DNA of 61,277 bases, filler included, from Phoronis australis (lineage: Eukaryota > Animalia > Phoronida), in the NCBI GenBank assembly GCA_002633005.1. It is 4 parts of 4 records of this genome, joined end to end, with 100 filler letters (N's around TTAATTAATTAA, not from the genome) between each part and the next. Parts side by side here need not be neighbours in the genome. Positions count along the whole stretch, not along the records: positions 1 to 26,418 come from NMRA01000476.1; positions 26,519 to 55,445 come from NMRA01000093.1; 2 more parts are not named here. One strand, written 5' to 3'. Shown here piece by piece: positions 23,760-36,100 of this stretch; position 1 is the stretch's first letter; the number at the start of each line of letters is the position of its first letter. The position numbers and the translations under genes were made by a program. The notes below the pieces were generated by a model. It was not told the DNA's origin and made no database searches. It was given only the letters and a program-made list of their open reading frames with translations.

Positions 23760-26026
23760 ACCAGCTATGTGGAACAACAATCGACTAGTGATTCATCCAA
23801 GTCATGTGTTAAGGCGACAGTAGTTTTTTCCAACACTGACTGTAAACGTCGTGTTCCCTCAGGAATACATGAATTCCAGGGTACGCTCAATTCATTTTTG
23901 TATAGGTTTTCGCTGCTGCAGAGTTGAAATGTGTGTCTTGTTGCCATGCAGGCTACACTTAAGTGTTGGCTGTTGTCTGGAATGTTTTTCTCTACTGTCC
24001 AGTTTATTTTGAATAAGGTACCTTTAGTGTTAATTAATTCCTGAAGGAGTATCCCCATTCACCAAGTGGGGCTCTACATGTACCACCATGACACAATATA
24101 TAGGGGGACGTGCTGTAAAATAAAGTCTTTTTAAGGAGCAAAAACTACGGCCAAATAACTTACAACCGACTTCTTGATATTTGCCAGTCCAATTCAGTGA
24201 ATGGTGTACTGGGGATTTCCGAAAGAACCTCCTCCATGAAAAAGCCCTCATGGGACCCTTGTTTAGTACCACTAAGAATCATCATTCCCCACCAACGACC
24301 TATATTCTATCTAATAATGCTGCTTGTAGTTCCCTATTTTTCTTTCAATGACATTATTGCGTCACACATTGAATTTGTTGTGGGAGAGGTGTATTATGTT
24401 TTCAAGTGAAACTATTTTCAGCATCTTGCTTGGGTATTGGTTGCCAAAAAAGTTTAGCTACGCCTCTGTTGTCCATTGCCTTGTTGAACTGCACTGTTTG
24501 TAGGAATGTGAATAATGAATAATTGCACTCCTGGTATTTTTATATGAGAAATGAATTGAAAATTGTCATCTGTCTAAAGAGAAAGGATCAAACTAAAAAG
24601 CCCGATATCTAGTTCACTTTACCAGCGTTTCTTAAACAACTGTCGGGTTTTAATCAATTTTTGAAAATAAAGTGAGGTCATCTTTGTTTTGTAAAAATAA
24701 GTGGTAAACTTGGTGTGTATGTTATTTATTCGTTCATAATCATAACAGGGAATTTGTTAGAGGTTAAGAACTGGTAGCCTTTGTTTGATTGTCAGTCATG
24801 ATGTCAGGTGGTTGAGTGACAACCTCCAACAGCGTTGAGTGTATGGTACTTTCACTCGGAAGTGGGCCAGCCACTAACCTAAGTCTATTGTTAGAATGCA
24901 CACAAGCATGCGCATACACATATTTGATATTAATGCTTTCTGGGGAAATGCTATACAATTATTATACCCAGGTTCTCATTCAATCCCTTGCATGCATCCA
25001 CTGCTAAGACTGAGCTCAGAAGTGAAAAATACACTTTTTATGCAAAGCTCAATGGTCCGTCAGTAAAACCAGGAATTGAATCCAAAATTCTGGAGCTCGA
25101 ACCATTAGCTCAATTTTCATTTGAGGAATAGTTTTAAATACCCGTCTATCTGTGCTTCGCTGGACACAAATTAACTGTTTTGGTTTCGTAGGGGTAAATA
25201 AAACTTAGTGTTGTGGGCCTATGGTTGAATCTAGCGATAAACTTTCAACTCCAGTATGTTTCTCATTGGCTGCACTGCTTGTGAACAGTTGCTATGAATC
25301 CTGTTCCAGCTGTTTGCATTCGAGAACTCCAATGGAGGTTGTGGAAGAATGACTGTCTAGTTGTATCACTGTTTTCTGGAATCGTAAACGCCGAATATTG
25401 ACTGTCGTTGTCTGTACGTCGCTTTGGTGGAAGAACTTGTCACAAATTTAAGGATGAAACGACAGGGAGGCGCGATGGCATAGCAATATTCTCGCTTTAG
25501 GAGAACAAAAAGTTGTAAACACATGTTTCAAAGATTGTTCATGTGTAAAGCAAAAAACACTGACACCTGTTCACATTGCGTCAAAAAGCCTTTCATCGAA
25601 AATAAAACCCCTTCTTGCTTCCGATCATATTTAACTTAGGGCGAATAATGCTGTGTTTGTTACACATCAGTTCATTTTTGTTGGACTTTACAGACAACAT
25701 TTTGGTCATGTAAACTGCTGTTCCGTGATATCCCGTAAGCTACGTACACTGTATGTAGTGCATGAAGTGGATCAATTGGAGGTAAATCGTTCCCAGCATT
25801 TAACGAGTTTTGCATTTTCGACCTCCTGCATTGAGGAAGTATTAAAAAACATGAAATAACGCAGAGTAACACTAAAGTTGTAATTTGCCCAGTTTAGCTG
25901 ACGAACAAGAACGCCAAAACAAAGTGCGACTCGAGAAAACCCTTTACTAGATTTTATTGAGGTTGGCCAACTCTAAAGTTCGACATCAAAACGAGGCTGC
26001 TCGCATTACCTATGTCTTGAGTTGCC

Positions 26027-26221
26027 GGTGTCGCGTGAAATTTCTTCCCCGTGAAATTTCTTCCCAAATGAAGACGGCAAAGCACAGCTATAAAATAAGC
26101 CTAAAAATATAAATTCACTACGTGTGTGATAATGTAACGATTTTAGTCAATTGCCATTGTTATGTTAGACATTGGTAAATGAATTATAATTAGATTTACT
26201 TCAATTCAGTCGCCGGTCAGT
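26027..26221 (+). repeat. Dispersed 195-bp repeat (probable DNA transposon end), second copy at 53165-53359
   Basis: Near-identical copies begin GGTGTCGCGTGAAATTTCTTCCCCGTGAAATTTCTTCCC, a subterminal tandem motif typical of non-autonomous DNA transposons. Confidence 0.8.
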
Positions 26222-26418
26222 AGGGGAAAGTTACTGGTTTCGTACCACATTGAAATGTTGTCCAATTGGCTTTTATTGGAAACCACAGTGCAGAGCTCAA
26301 CATCAAAGCTTCAAATCGAGTTTATGTCAATAAAAACAGGCTGTTGCAATTTTCATTACTTCGTTGGCCTTTTTCTGCATGTTTCTCAGTTTTTACAAAA
26401 GGGGGCAGCATATGACGA

Positions 26419-26518
26419 NNNNNNNNNNNNNNNNNNNNNNNNNNNNNNNNNNNNNNNNNNNNTTAATTAATTAANNNNNNNNNNNNNNNNNNNNNNNNNN
26501 NNNNNNNNNNNNNNNNNN
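26419..26518. other. Assembly gap with artificial TTAATTAATTAA linker (also 55446-55545 and 59065-59164)
   Basis: The same 100-base N-TTAATTAATTAA-N block occurs three times, and the linker has stops in all six frames. Confidence 0.95.
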
Positions 26519-26777
26519 GTAGTAACTGGTTCTCAAATGAATTTTGAGTGAGGGACCCACCTATCAAACTATAACCGAAATTGTCCTGCATGTGTTTCGT
26601 GACTTAGGGCCCACTGATAACTTGTGTTTCTATTCTATGATTGGATCTAAACTGTAATTTCTTTCACTTCTTCAATTCACTTCAGTGTTTATACATTCAG
26701 ATCCAAGAGATAGGTGATAAACAGCAAGTGTGAGGACCTGCTAAGGAGAAATGCTGTGATGTTAATTTGTTCCAGTA

Positions 26778-26933
26778 CAGTGCTGTAGTGGTAAAATTAG
26801 AGGTAAGTAGGCGCCTAAAGCCCACCGTATCACATTGAGCACTGAACGTAACTTACGGTGCGTAGGCGCTACTTTCAAATGCCAAAAGGTGGTTTGCTGC
26901 GCCTACGTGAGCCTACGCCCCACTACAGCACTG
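26778..26933. mobile_element. hAT-type MITE (156 bp)
   Basis: Perfect 14-bp TIR CAGTGCTGTAGTGG/CCACTACAGCACTG and an 8-bp TSD TTCCAGTA/GTCCAGTA (7/8 match). Confidence 0.85.
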
Positions 26934-27343
26934 GTCCAGTAGACTAGTATGGGTTTAGTTAGGTCTTTACTGTGATGGGCATTCATTGTACTTTGAAGGA
27001 CCTTAATAGTCCGAAGGGTCAATACTTGAAAAATATGTCAATCAGGTGTTATTCCAAGGCAACATTACTCCGAAAGGTTATTACTTAGCTGCAATAATGG
27101 GAAAGAGTGAGTGACACTGCGTAGAGAATATTGCTGATGCCACATATTTTTCCTGCATGTTGTATTTGTTATAATATAAATGATATTTTTCCAGCCAATT
27201 GATCACAGCTACGCCACGAGTGAACCCAGTGAAACACCCCCATCTGCTGAGCACCATGCAGTGCTGCTTTAGTAAAGCTCTTAGGTGAGGTAATATGACA
27301 TAATTGATAATGACCATAATTTCATCTTCCATGACTGATGGTT

Positions 27344-27487
27344 TTGTTATACCTATTGTATTGCTACCTGAAGCTCACCTCTCTACTTACTATAGTTATA
27401 AAAAAGCGGACTATGTTGTTATATCTATTGTATTGCTACTTGAAGCTAACCTCTCTACTTACTATAGTTATAAAAAAGCGGACTGTT
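27344..27487. repeat. 72-bp tandem duplication (2 copies)
   Basis: TTGTTATA(C/T)CTATTGTATTGCTAC..GAAGCT.ACCTCTCTACTTACTATAGTTATAAAAAAGCGGACT occurs twice. Confidence 0.9.
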
Positions 27488-29384
27488 GTTTTTGATTTCA
27501 TGACTTGGATACTTTTCTTGATCTGAAATGGTATTTCAAATATTTGTTTGGTTTAACACACTTGGGATTTTTAAAGCCCTTTGATTAAAATATATGCTGA
27601 AAATCAGAGGATGAGTCTTAAGCCAGGCTGTTTGTTAAAAATCTGGGTGTGGACAAGTAGACAGTTGTAGGTAGTTAACATGTGTAGATACCTTAAATGT
27701 ATTTTTGTATTCATTCATTTCAGAAAGTTGTTGACTTGTATGAGAAAGTAAGTCAAGTGGGGATGCCGAAAAGTCTGCACCCAGCGGTCCCTATTGTGCC
27801 CGTGACTGTAGAGGGAATTGTCAGTGGTGCTGTTGGATTACGCATGGCGCCATTAACTTCAGCATCTTTGGAGCTACTATCAGAGACCGTAGATAGGGAG
27901 ACAGTCCACCTAGCGAAATCCTATCCGACGGCCACTGGTGAACATTGTTGTTTCATGGACTGTAGACACGTCTAGCGAGTGTGCGTGCAATAAACAAATG
28001 TGGCAAGATGTCACGGCTCCCGTCAGTAAAAAAGCAATGGCGCTTTTTGCACTGCCTACGGCTGCAGCAACAGTTAATTGACAATTCGTGACTCATGCTT
28101 TTTTGCTTCCTCAATGATTAAGATAGGTGATGTTCATGATTGAAACAGAGGATATTTCTGCTTGAATCTCTTGCCAGTCATTCAGTGATGGACTGGGTGT
28201 CTTTACTGTTTCCTGCATTTGATTGCTGATATAGAAAATTGTCATAAATTGTTTGCATGATTTTGGAAACTACTGATTAGTTTATTCTATGCCCATTGAT
28301 GCTTCTAATTACTTTTTTCATTTCGTTCTGCAGTCTCAATACATTCAGATCTAAAAGATAATTATATTTACTATTATTTACTAATTTTATTATTGTTTTT
28401 TATAATATATTTGTTATTCTTGATTATTTATCATTGTTTATTTGCTATTACTTATTTAAATTATTTCTTGTGATCCATACAGTCAACATCCTGGCTGTCG
28501 TTGATCAATAATCTGTATAATATGATCATGACATGTACTTCAGTGCATAATAACTATTATGTTTATGGTTTGGTAACCTACTTGATTATTTGCCATAGGA
28601 AGTGGTGAAGGAAGTGTTCTTTTAAGGCACATTGAGCCATACATCTGTGGACACTTCCGTGGTATGTGTATTACCTTGGAAACTTGTTGCACTTCAGTGA
28701 CGATGTTGTTTGTTTAGATTTTTGTTTTGACATGGGTTTTAAAACATCAAGTCAAGAAATAAGGCGTCGTTATGTTTTTTAATATGAAGTTGGCCTGCCA
28801 ATGCAGGCTGAATATGCCTTTAACTAACTGCTGATAGTTGATTTAAAAATGTGATTTATGAGAGCTGGAAAGCTTAGTAAAAAATATCCAAAATGGATTG
28901 CATATTCAATAGGCATCTTGGCTGTTTTATGGGGGCATACAAGGCAGGTTTACTGGACTTCAGGCAGGAATTCAATCTCTTGCAGGTTTGAAACCTGTAC
29001 CCCTCTTGCCTCCAGTTTCATTCACCACAACCCACCCCAATGCGCTATCCATTTCAGATACCATCGGGCATGGATGCTTGGGGTCCAGTGAATCAGTCCC
29101 AAGTAGCGACTCCACTGTTGCCTAAAACTACTACGTTTTTGGGAGTTTTCTACGTTGAATTCTCAATGATTGAAAATAAGTAGGGATCTTTTCATGCAAT
29201 GCACCTAATTTAAGGACTAAGTCCCCAAATGTTTTGACTGAATTAAGAGCTCAGTTTTTAGTTATATTATTATAAAACATAAGTCAAAAGAGGAGTTCAT
29301 AATAAAGATAAAATGATAGAAAATATAAAAACTGTGAGCAAAGAACAAAAAAATGCCTAAAAGATTTACCAACTCAATTGAGTA

Positions 29385-29546
29385 CAGGCAGATCCAGGGT
29401 GGCGGGTCAAAGGGGTCTGGACCCCCATTTTCCTTGATTGTAGTGATATCAATGCTAGAATTTTCAAATTGTTGACTTGGGCCACCTTTCTTAAAAAATC
29501 ATTATCCGACCCCCCCCCCCCTTTAAAAAATCCTGGATGTGACCTG
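29385..29546. mobile_element. hAT-like MITE of the GGCGGATCCAG type
   Basis: Imperfect TIR CAGGCAGATCCAGG and CCTGGATGTGACCTG with internal G/C runs. Related ends occur at ~44466, ~58260-58310 and ~61199. Confidence 0.55.
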
Positions 29547-31139
29547 TTGGGTCGATATTTGGGACAGTTTCATGCAAATGGGCACAGACACAACTGCTTG
29601 AATCTAGAACATCTTTAAGATGTGAAAGAAAGATCTACTAATTTCTCCATTTTATTTTAAAACAAAGTTTGTGTGTTAAAAGCTTACATAATTAATTGTT
29701 AATTAATTGATATTAACACCTGGAATATTGGGGGAAGAAAGCTATCTCTGCCCCCAACCTTTCAATTGATTGAGGGGCACCCCCCACTCCTATCTCCTCT
29801 TCAGCAGATCCATTTGATGTTTATTACATTCCTGACACCCCTGGACATAATCCTACAGGTTCGGTACCTGCACATTCTCCAATAACCTACTTTCATCTGC
29901 TCAGCTCTTATTACTGAGTCTCCCTCTTGCTTATGACGTATTTCTCGTAATTTATATTACCTTTGCTGCCCAAATGTTTTCTTGGTTTACTCTATATTTT
30001 GCCTATGTGTATTTTTCCATTACATTGCTCGTGTTTTTTGTTTTCAATATTTTAAACAAAGACACTTGACTGACAATTTTGAATTTGACAAACTAAGATC
30101 GGCCATAGTGAATGCCTTGCNNNNNNNNNNNNNNNNNNNNNNNNNNNNNNNNNNNNNNNNNNNNNNNNNNNNNNNNNNNNNNNNNNNNNNNNNNNNNNNN
30201 NNNNNNNNNNNNNNNNNNNNNNNNNNNNNNNNNNNNNNNNNNNNNNNNNNNNNNNNNNNNNNNNNNNNNNNNNNNNNNNNNNNNNNNNNNNNNNNNNNNN
30301 NNNNNNNNNNNNNNNNNNNNNNNNNNNNNNNNNNNNNNNNNNNNNNNNNNNNNNNNNNNNNNNNNNNNNNNNNNNNNNNNNNNNNNNNNNNNNNNNNNNN
30401 NNNNNNNNNNNNNNNNNNNNNNNNNNNNNNNNNNNNNNNNNNNNNNNNNNNNNNNNNNNNNNNNNNNNNNNNNNNNNNNNNNNNNNNNNNNNNNNNNNNN
30501 NNNNNNNNNNNNNNNNNNNNNNNNNNNNNNNNNNNNNNNNNNNNNNNNNNNNNNNNNNNNNNNNNNNNNNNNNNNNNNNNNNNNNNNNNNNNNNNNNNNN
30601 NNNNNNNNNNNNNNNNNNNNNNNNNNNNNNNNNNNNNNNNNNNNNNNNNNNNNNNNNNNNNNNNNNNNNNNNNNNNNNNNNNNNNNNNNNNNNNNNNNNN
30701 NNNNNNNNNNNNNNNNNNNNNNNNNNNNNNNNNNNNNNNNNNNNNNNNNNNNNNNNNNNNNNNNNNNNNNNNNNNNNNNNNNNNNNNNNNNNNNNNNNNN
30801 NNNNNNNNNNNNNNNNNNNNNNNNNNNNNNNNNNACATGTCACTCATTGAGTCGCCGGGTGAGTGGATGCGTGACCGTAGTGTAACAGCTATTTCCCGGA
30901 AGATTTGGGGTGCAAGGGTGCGAAGTGGGTCATTTTGACCTTAAAAACACCAATTATGATTAGTTAAATGAATTCTCTTAAAAATAATGCAGAAGCTTTT
31001 TACGGTATTGGAAACTTTCGGAAATTAGGGCCAATATTTATTTGCCGATGCTATGTTACCCGATTAATCTTCGATGACAGTCGGTACATTATGCAGCGCG
31101 CGCTTCTTGGTCGCGTGCTAACACTGGTCGAGTTTTTTT

Positions 31140-31548
31140 TTATTAGTCTTCGATTCACGGTTTTCACATGTCACAAAGAAGTTTGAGGCCGGAGAAGATC
31201 TGTACTGGAAAGAAACAATGCAATCCCGCTCTTTGACAAGTACGCTGTGTCTGTTTTCAAAGTCCAGACCCGCGTAGTGGGGCACATCCCTCGCAAGAGC
31301 AGCAAAACTTCTGCGTTCTTTTTGAATCGCGGCGTAAGTTTGAAGTGTATACGGACATAACGGTGAGGCTCGTGGTCCGTTACAAATTTAGGCTGTCGGA
31401 TCTTGCAATTGATAAATTGGAGACGTTAGAACTGTAGGTAAGGGCATTTTTCGCATGTAGTTCATGGGCTGGGCGCTTACTTTAGCAAAGTCTGAAAACG
31501 CGTTGGAGCACTTGTTGAGCCATGGGCGCTAATTAGGGCAAATAGCGG
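31140..31548 (+). mobile_element. Decayed Tc1/mariner-like element carrying a HIRAN-like domain relic
   Basis: The broken frame IHGFH..KEV*..FDKYAVSVFKVQTRVVGHIPRKSSKTSAFFLNRG (31232-31333) fits the HIRAN pattern (GxH..N..D..AV.V....VGH.P). It ends in GGGCGCTAATTAGGGCAAATAGCGG, which resembles a Tc1/mariner-type TIR. Confidence 0.6.
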
Positions 31549-33155
31549 CAGAATTACATACAGCAGCGTAGTTTAATGCACACAAATTACACGTCGTGCA
31601 AACCAGTCGGCCATCCCGTTTACCATCAACAATCCCAGTAGCCTTTGCGCACCTTAATTTCTGGACATGCGCAATCGTTAAATCGATTCGGTTGCAACTC
31701 CGCTATTGGTTAAACGCACGACACTTTTCATTGTTCACAGTCTTTATTCCGTTGCGTTCGCACCTTCGGAACAAAACTCTACTCTCAACTGCACATAGAT
31801 AAAGTAACTGACCTAGCGACATAATTAAAAGACACACGATATTTCGAAACATACTTGTTTCATTCTCAAGTGAAAATAAAATGACGCAGTAATGCCACCA
31901 CAGAGCATAAGCTGATGACACACACAGTGAGACACGGTGGGTGTAAAATACTGCAAAGAATGACTAATGAAGGGGGTAACAGGAAAGTCACGCAAACAAG
32001 TGTAACGTGCGGCGCGACCCTGTTTCCCTTCAAGAAAATTAACACTCCCCTGCAACATACAACCATGCATGGAAACACTCGGAAGCGAAATTTTAACATT
32101 TTTGGTAACACTGATTTTCAATTTGCAGAATTTTTTTCTGAGCAATTTAATCCGAAGATAGTATCACAGTTGTCATCAAAGGCTAGGAGATGCTCTAGAT
32201 GTTCGTATTCGCGATGAAACAGGTCACCGCTACGCAGTGTTCGCCTTTCTTGAGCTCTTCAATATCTGATTAATGGATAGATTTCTGCGGGTTAAAACGT
32301 TTGTAACAGAGCCCACAACAGGCAGATTTTCGCTTTCTACCCTTAAATTCAGAGTCGGAAACGTCGATGTCGTCAAGTCTCCGTCATGACCGAAAACATT
32401 ACACTCCAAAAAACGTTGTGACTGACATCAGCTTGGATTTTGATGATTTTTTTTTACTTTCCTCAAAATTGTAGTTCTTTCAAAGCATTCAGCCTAAACA
32501 CAAAAACGTTGTTAGAAGCGTTACTGTCAAAGGTTTGGCGTCAACTCAAGATTACACCAGGAGCGTCTCACACAGGAACAAAAATTAACAGGAAACGTGT
32601 CCATATTTGATGTGCAATTTGAGTGTGATATTTATGACACCAAATTATATACTTTCAATGTACGGGCCTCTAACCCTGTTTGGGATTCAGGGTTATTTTA
32701 CCGACAAGTCGCCCGCATACTGTGAGAATTTACGTAGTCAGCTGAAGTGAGACATTCGGTATCGTTGGGACATTCCCATATGAAATGAATTTGAGATAGG
32801 GCGTAGCAGTAGCCTACGCCAAATGTGTGTTATAATCTATAGTTTTCCACTGAAAAACGAAAGAGCGCTATCATAACCGTGCCGCCTGATGTCGCAGCGC
32901 GCAAGTACACTCGGCATGTAACATCTCTTACGGCAATCAGCAGCTGCCGTTCAACTCCGTAAAACATTTTACCGGTATAAAGCTTGTCGTGTGAACATAG
33001 TGCATTTTAAAATAAAACGTTCTAGCCAAAACAATTTAATTTTATAGCCTCGTTAATACAGCATAGTCTCGTTAATACAGCATATATCAGTTCATCAAAT
33101 CTTATTCCTTCTAATAGAAACATCCCGACTGCCAGTGAGTTGCACCTTCGCCCCT

Positions 33156-36100
33156 TTACTGGTACTGTAGAAATATTGCTGCTATTTGCGGAAAGCCGAC
33201 ATTGCTGCCACCTGTAAAAGTAAAGGATTGTGTCATCGAAATTATTACTATAAACAAACAATTATACAGGGTCAAGGTCTCGTTCAGACTCAACTTCAGA
33301 CGACAGCGGTTTCTAAGCAGAAACTAGTCCTGGGCCCGGTCTCCAATCTTTTTACTCGAAATGGAACTCGAAATTAGGTTTGGCATTTTGTACTCTACTT
33401 TTGGGCGAGCTCAAGATAAGTGTCTATTATTCTATGCTCGAGTACACAATAACTTACGTGGATAATTTATTGCCCTTAGTTCACAGTTTGTAAACCCAAT
33501 ATTAAAGCAATAAGTTCGAGTTTGAACTCGAAATTTCGAGTTTTTACTCGAGTTTGTAGCACGAATATAAGGGTCTTCAAGGGCAAACTTGAACTAGAAA
33601 CTCCTATGCATAAACTATAATGTATTCGAGCACAGTCTGATAACCAATTACCTTAAGTTCGCACAAAACGAGCATAGAAATTGCCAAAAATAGTTTCGAG
33701 TTCGTTTCGAGTACAAAGATTAGAGACCGGGCCCTGGGCCTGGGGTCTAGTCTTTGCACTCCTCTGTTTTTCTTTGCTTGAGTGTGTTATGGTACTTCAA
33801 GCGACCCCTTGGTTTGACTTGTAATCTCGATTACAAACTCGAAATTTCAAGTTGAGACTCGAAATTTCAATACAGTTAATTCTAAAAAGCCATTATTGGA
33901 TGCAAGCTAGACAATCATTCACGTAAACCGTAGTGTACCAGAGCACAGAGTAGTAGACACCTATTTTGAATTCGCACGAAAGCAGAATGTAGAATGTCAA
34001 AAATATTTTCGTGTTCGATCTCGATTTGAGCAATAAGACCCCGGGCCATAATCTCAACCTATTCCATTAGTAAGCTACCCCGTGCTCTCTTATCTGGCAT
34101 CACGACGACGAGTTGCTAAAACGAGTCCCAGAGAACCGAATCCTAACGCATCTATTTTGGCTAATTTTCATCGCAATTCTTCGGATGAAAATGATCCTGA
34201 CTTACTTTTTAGGTATTCAAATTCAGAAGCCAAATGCTTCGAAAATCAACCAGTTTTAGTTCACGGTGTATCATTTTAGACAACATTTTCTTGTCATGAA
34301 GCCATCGCTAATGCGGTAATTGATCTTCTCCACAAAATGTTACTTTCAATAAGATTCTCTGATAAATACACCATCTTGACGACAGAGGAAATTGTACAAA
34401 ATCTGTTTCTGAAGTACAACTGTACAAGGTACGATAAAACGGGCCAAGTTTCTAATGCGTTAAATAGTATTTCATTCGTAAAATGTAGCTGTATGAGGTT
34501 TGCTGGGAATAGATAAATATCCAGTCCGGTAGACAAGGTTTATTCTCAATATATTGTAAATTGTGAGTTATTTATCAACGGGACAAGTGTTCATTATATA
34601 CGGGGCAATTACAGGTCATAACCACATTTATTTTCTTCCATTCCCGTTACTACCAAATGGCTTGCTGTTTCAGAGATAGACTTATAACTCCAACGACAGA
34701 TTTTTAGCTCTATCTATACACATACAATCGCTATCCATACACTTATCAACACCAATTTATTGAAAATTTCGTAATGTACACGCACCGATTGTCTAGTTTT
34801 TGATTTTGGCTGAACACATTAAAACATGCAAAATACAGGGCAATTCAATGTACTTATGTAGGACACATGCTCACACGACGTCACAGTATACTTGTGTTGT
34901 CGGTTATTTATCAATCACCGAGCATTCGCGGAAAAATGAATCATAGGTAGTGTCTAGAAGGGAGGATGTCACCAGGGACAGATATCATCTTCTTACGAAT
35001 AAGCACCCGCAACAGATTTTAGTAGTCAGTTATGTAGAAAAGGAAAGATTAGAAGAATTTAGATTCTAATCTTGACAGATGTAAAAACATAGACTTGGCC
35101 TGTCTACAATAGATGAGTTACCTCTTGTTTCAGTAACATCAATAGGACGTTTGCCTTACCAAGGATTTGAATAAGAGATATCTGCTGAAGTATAAATATT
35201 TTCACTGCAGTGCATGTTGACTCACTCCATGTCTGACTCCAATTTACTTGTGTTGCAAGCTTGCTGTAAGCAAACCACGGTTTGCCTTGAGCCTGTTTAT
35301 CCCATTCATTGCAAGAGCCATCGGGATCAACTATAACCATCCACCCTTGATCAATAGTGCATCCACCATGTAGAGCGTTGATGTAAAACCGACGTTGGTT
35401 ATTCCTGAAAATAACACATTTAAAGTTGACGGACATGCCTACCAGACTGACTGATTGCTAGTTGATGAACGTCCCCCGCCTTATTACTTAGAGCTCAAGT
35501 ACGTGACAGCTTGCGCTGGTGAGTTTACAGTCCACGATTCGAACAATTAAATCGATAAAAATTCGACCTGAGTCAAAATCAAAATTTCTTGTTCACACTC
35601 GAACGCATAACTTAAAGATCAGGGGTTCGTTCCAAGAAATCAACTTAAGTTCACTTTTGACTAAATCTAAGATTTGACTCAACCTCCAAACTCCAAATTC
35701 CACATCTGGTAGGTTATGTCAAACTAAAGACAAAAACCTAAGTCAAACATAAGTGCACAGAAACAGTGACGGCACATTTGATATCACCTGTACTGGACAC
35801 GTGGCTTAAATTGTTGCCACCATGTCAGGACTGTTGAAAAAACAGAATCGCCCGTAAATATTGGTGAGGGACTTTCGCGAATCGATCTCCTTCAACGTGA
35901 TGAATAAATAGTTCAAGCACCATGTTCTGCTTCATTGGGTATCAGAAGTAACAAAGAGTTCGTTTTGATTTGCAGAATTTAGGCCCCGTTGTGTTTGATT
36001 GGGTTTCTACCTAGTAATCGCGTACCTATCTTTGCTTCTATAACCCGAGCCCAAGAAGACTTTCAGCGGCACAATGACAAACAAAACTTCAGAACACCGT

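Noticed and set aside
26463-26474. TTAATTAATTAA palindromes (also 55490 and 59109) as a biological motif
   Set aside because: Each is centred in an identical N block, so it is an artificial scaffolding linker.
29982-30938. Long ORFs of 257-318 aa in the ORF track
   Set aside because: They only run through the N gap at 30121-30834.
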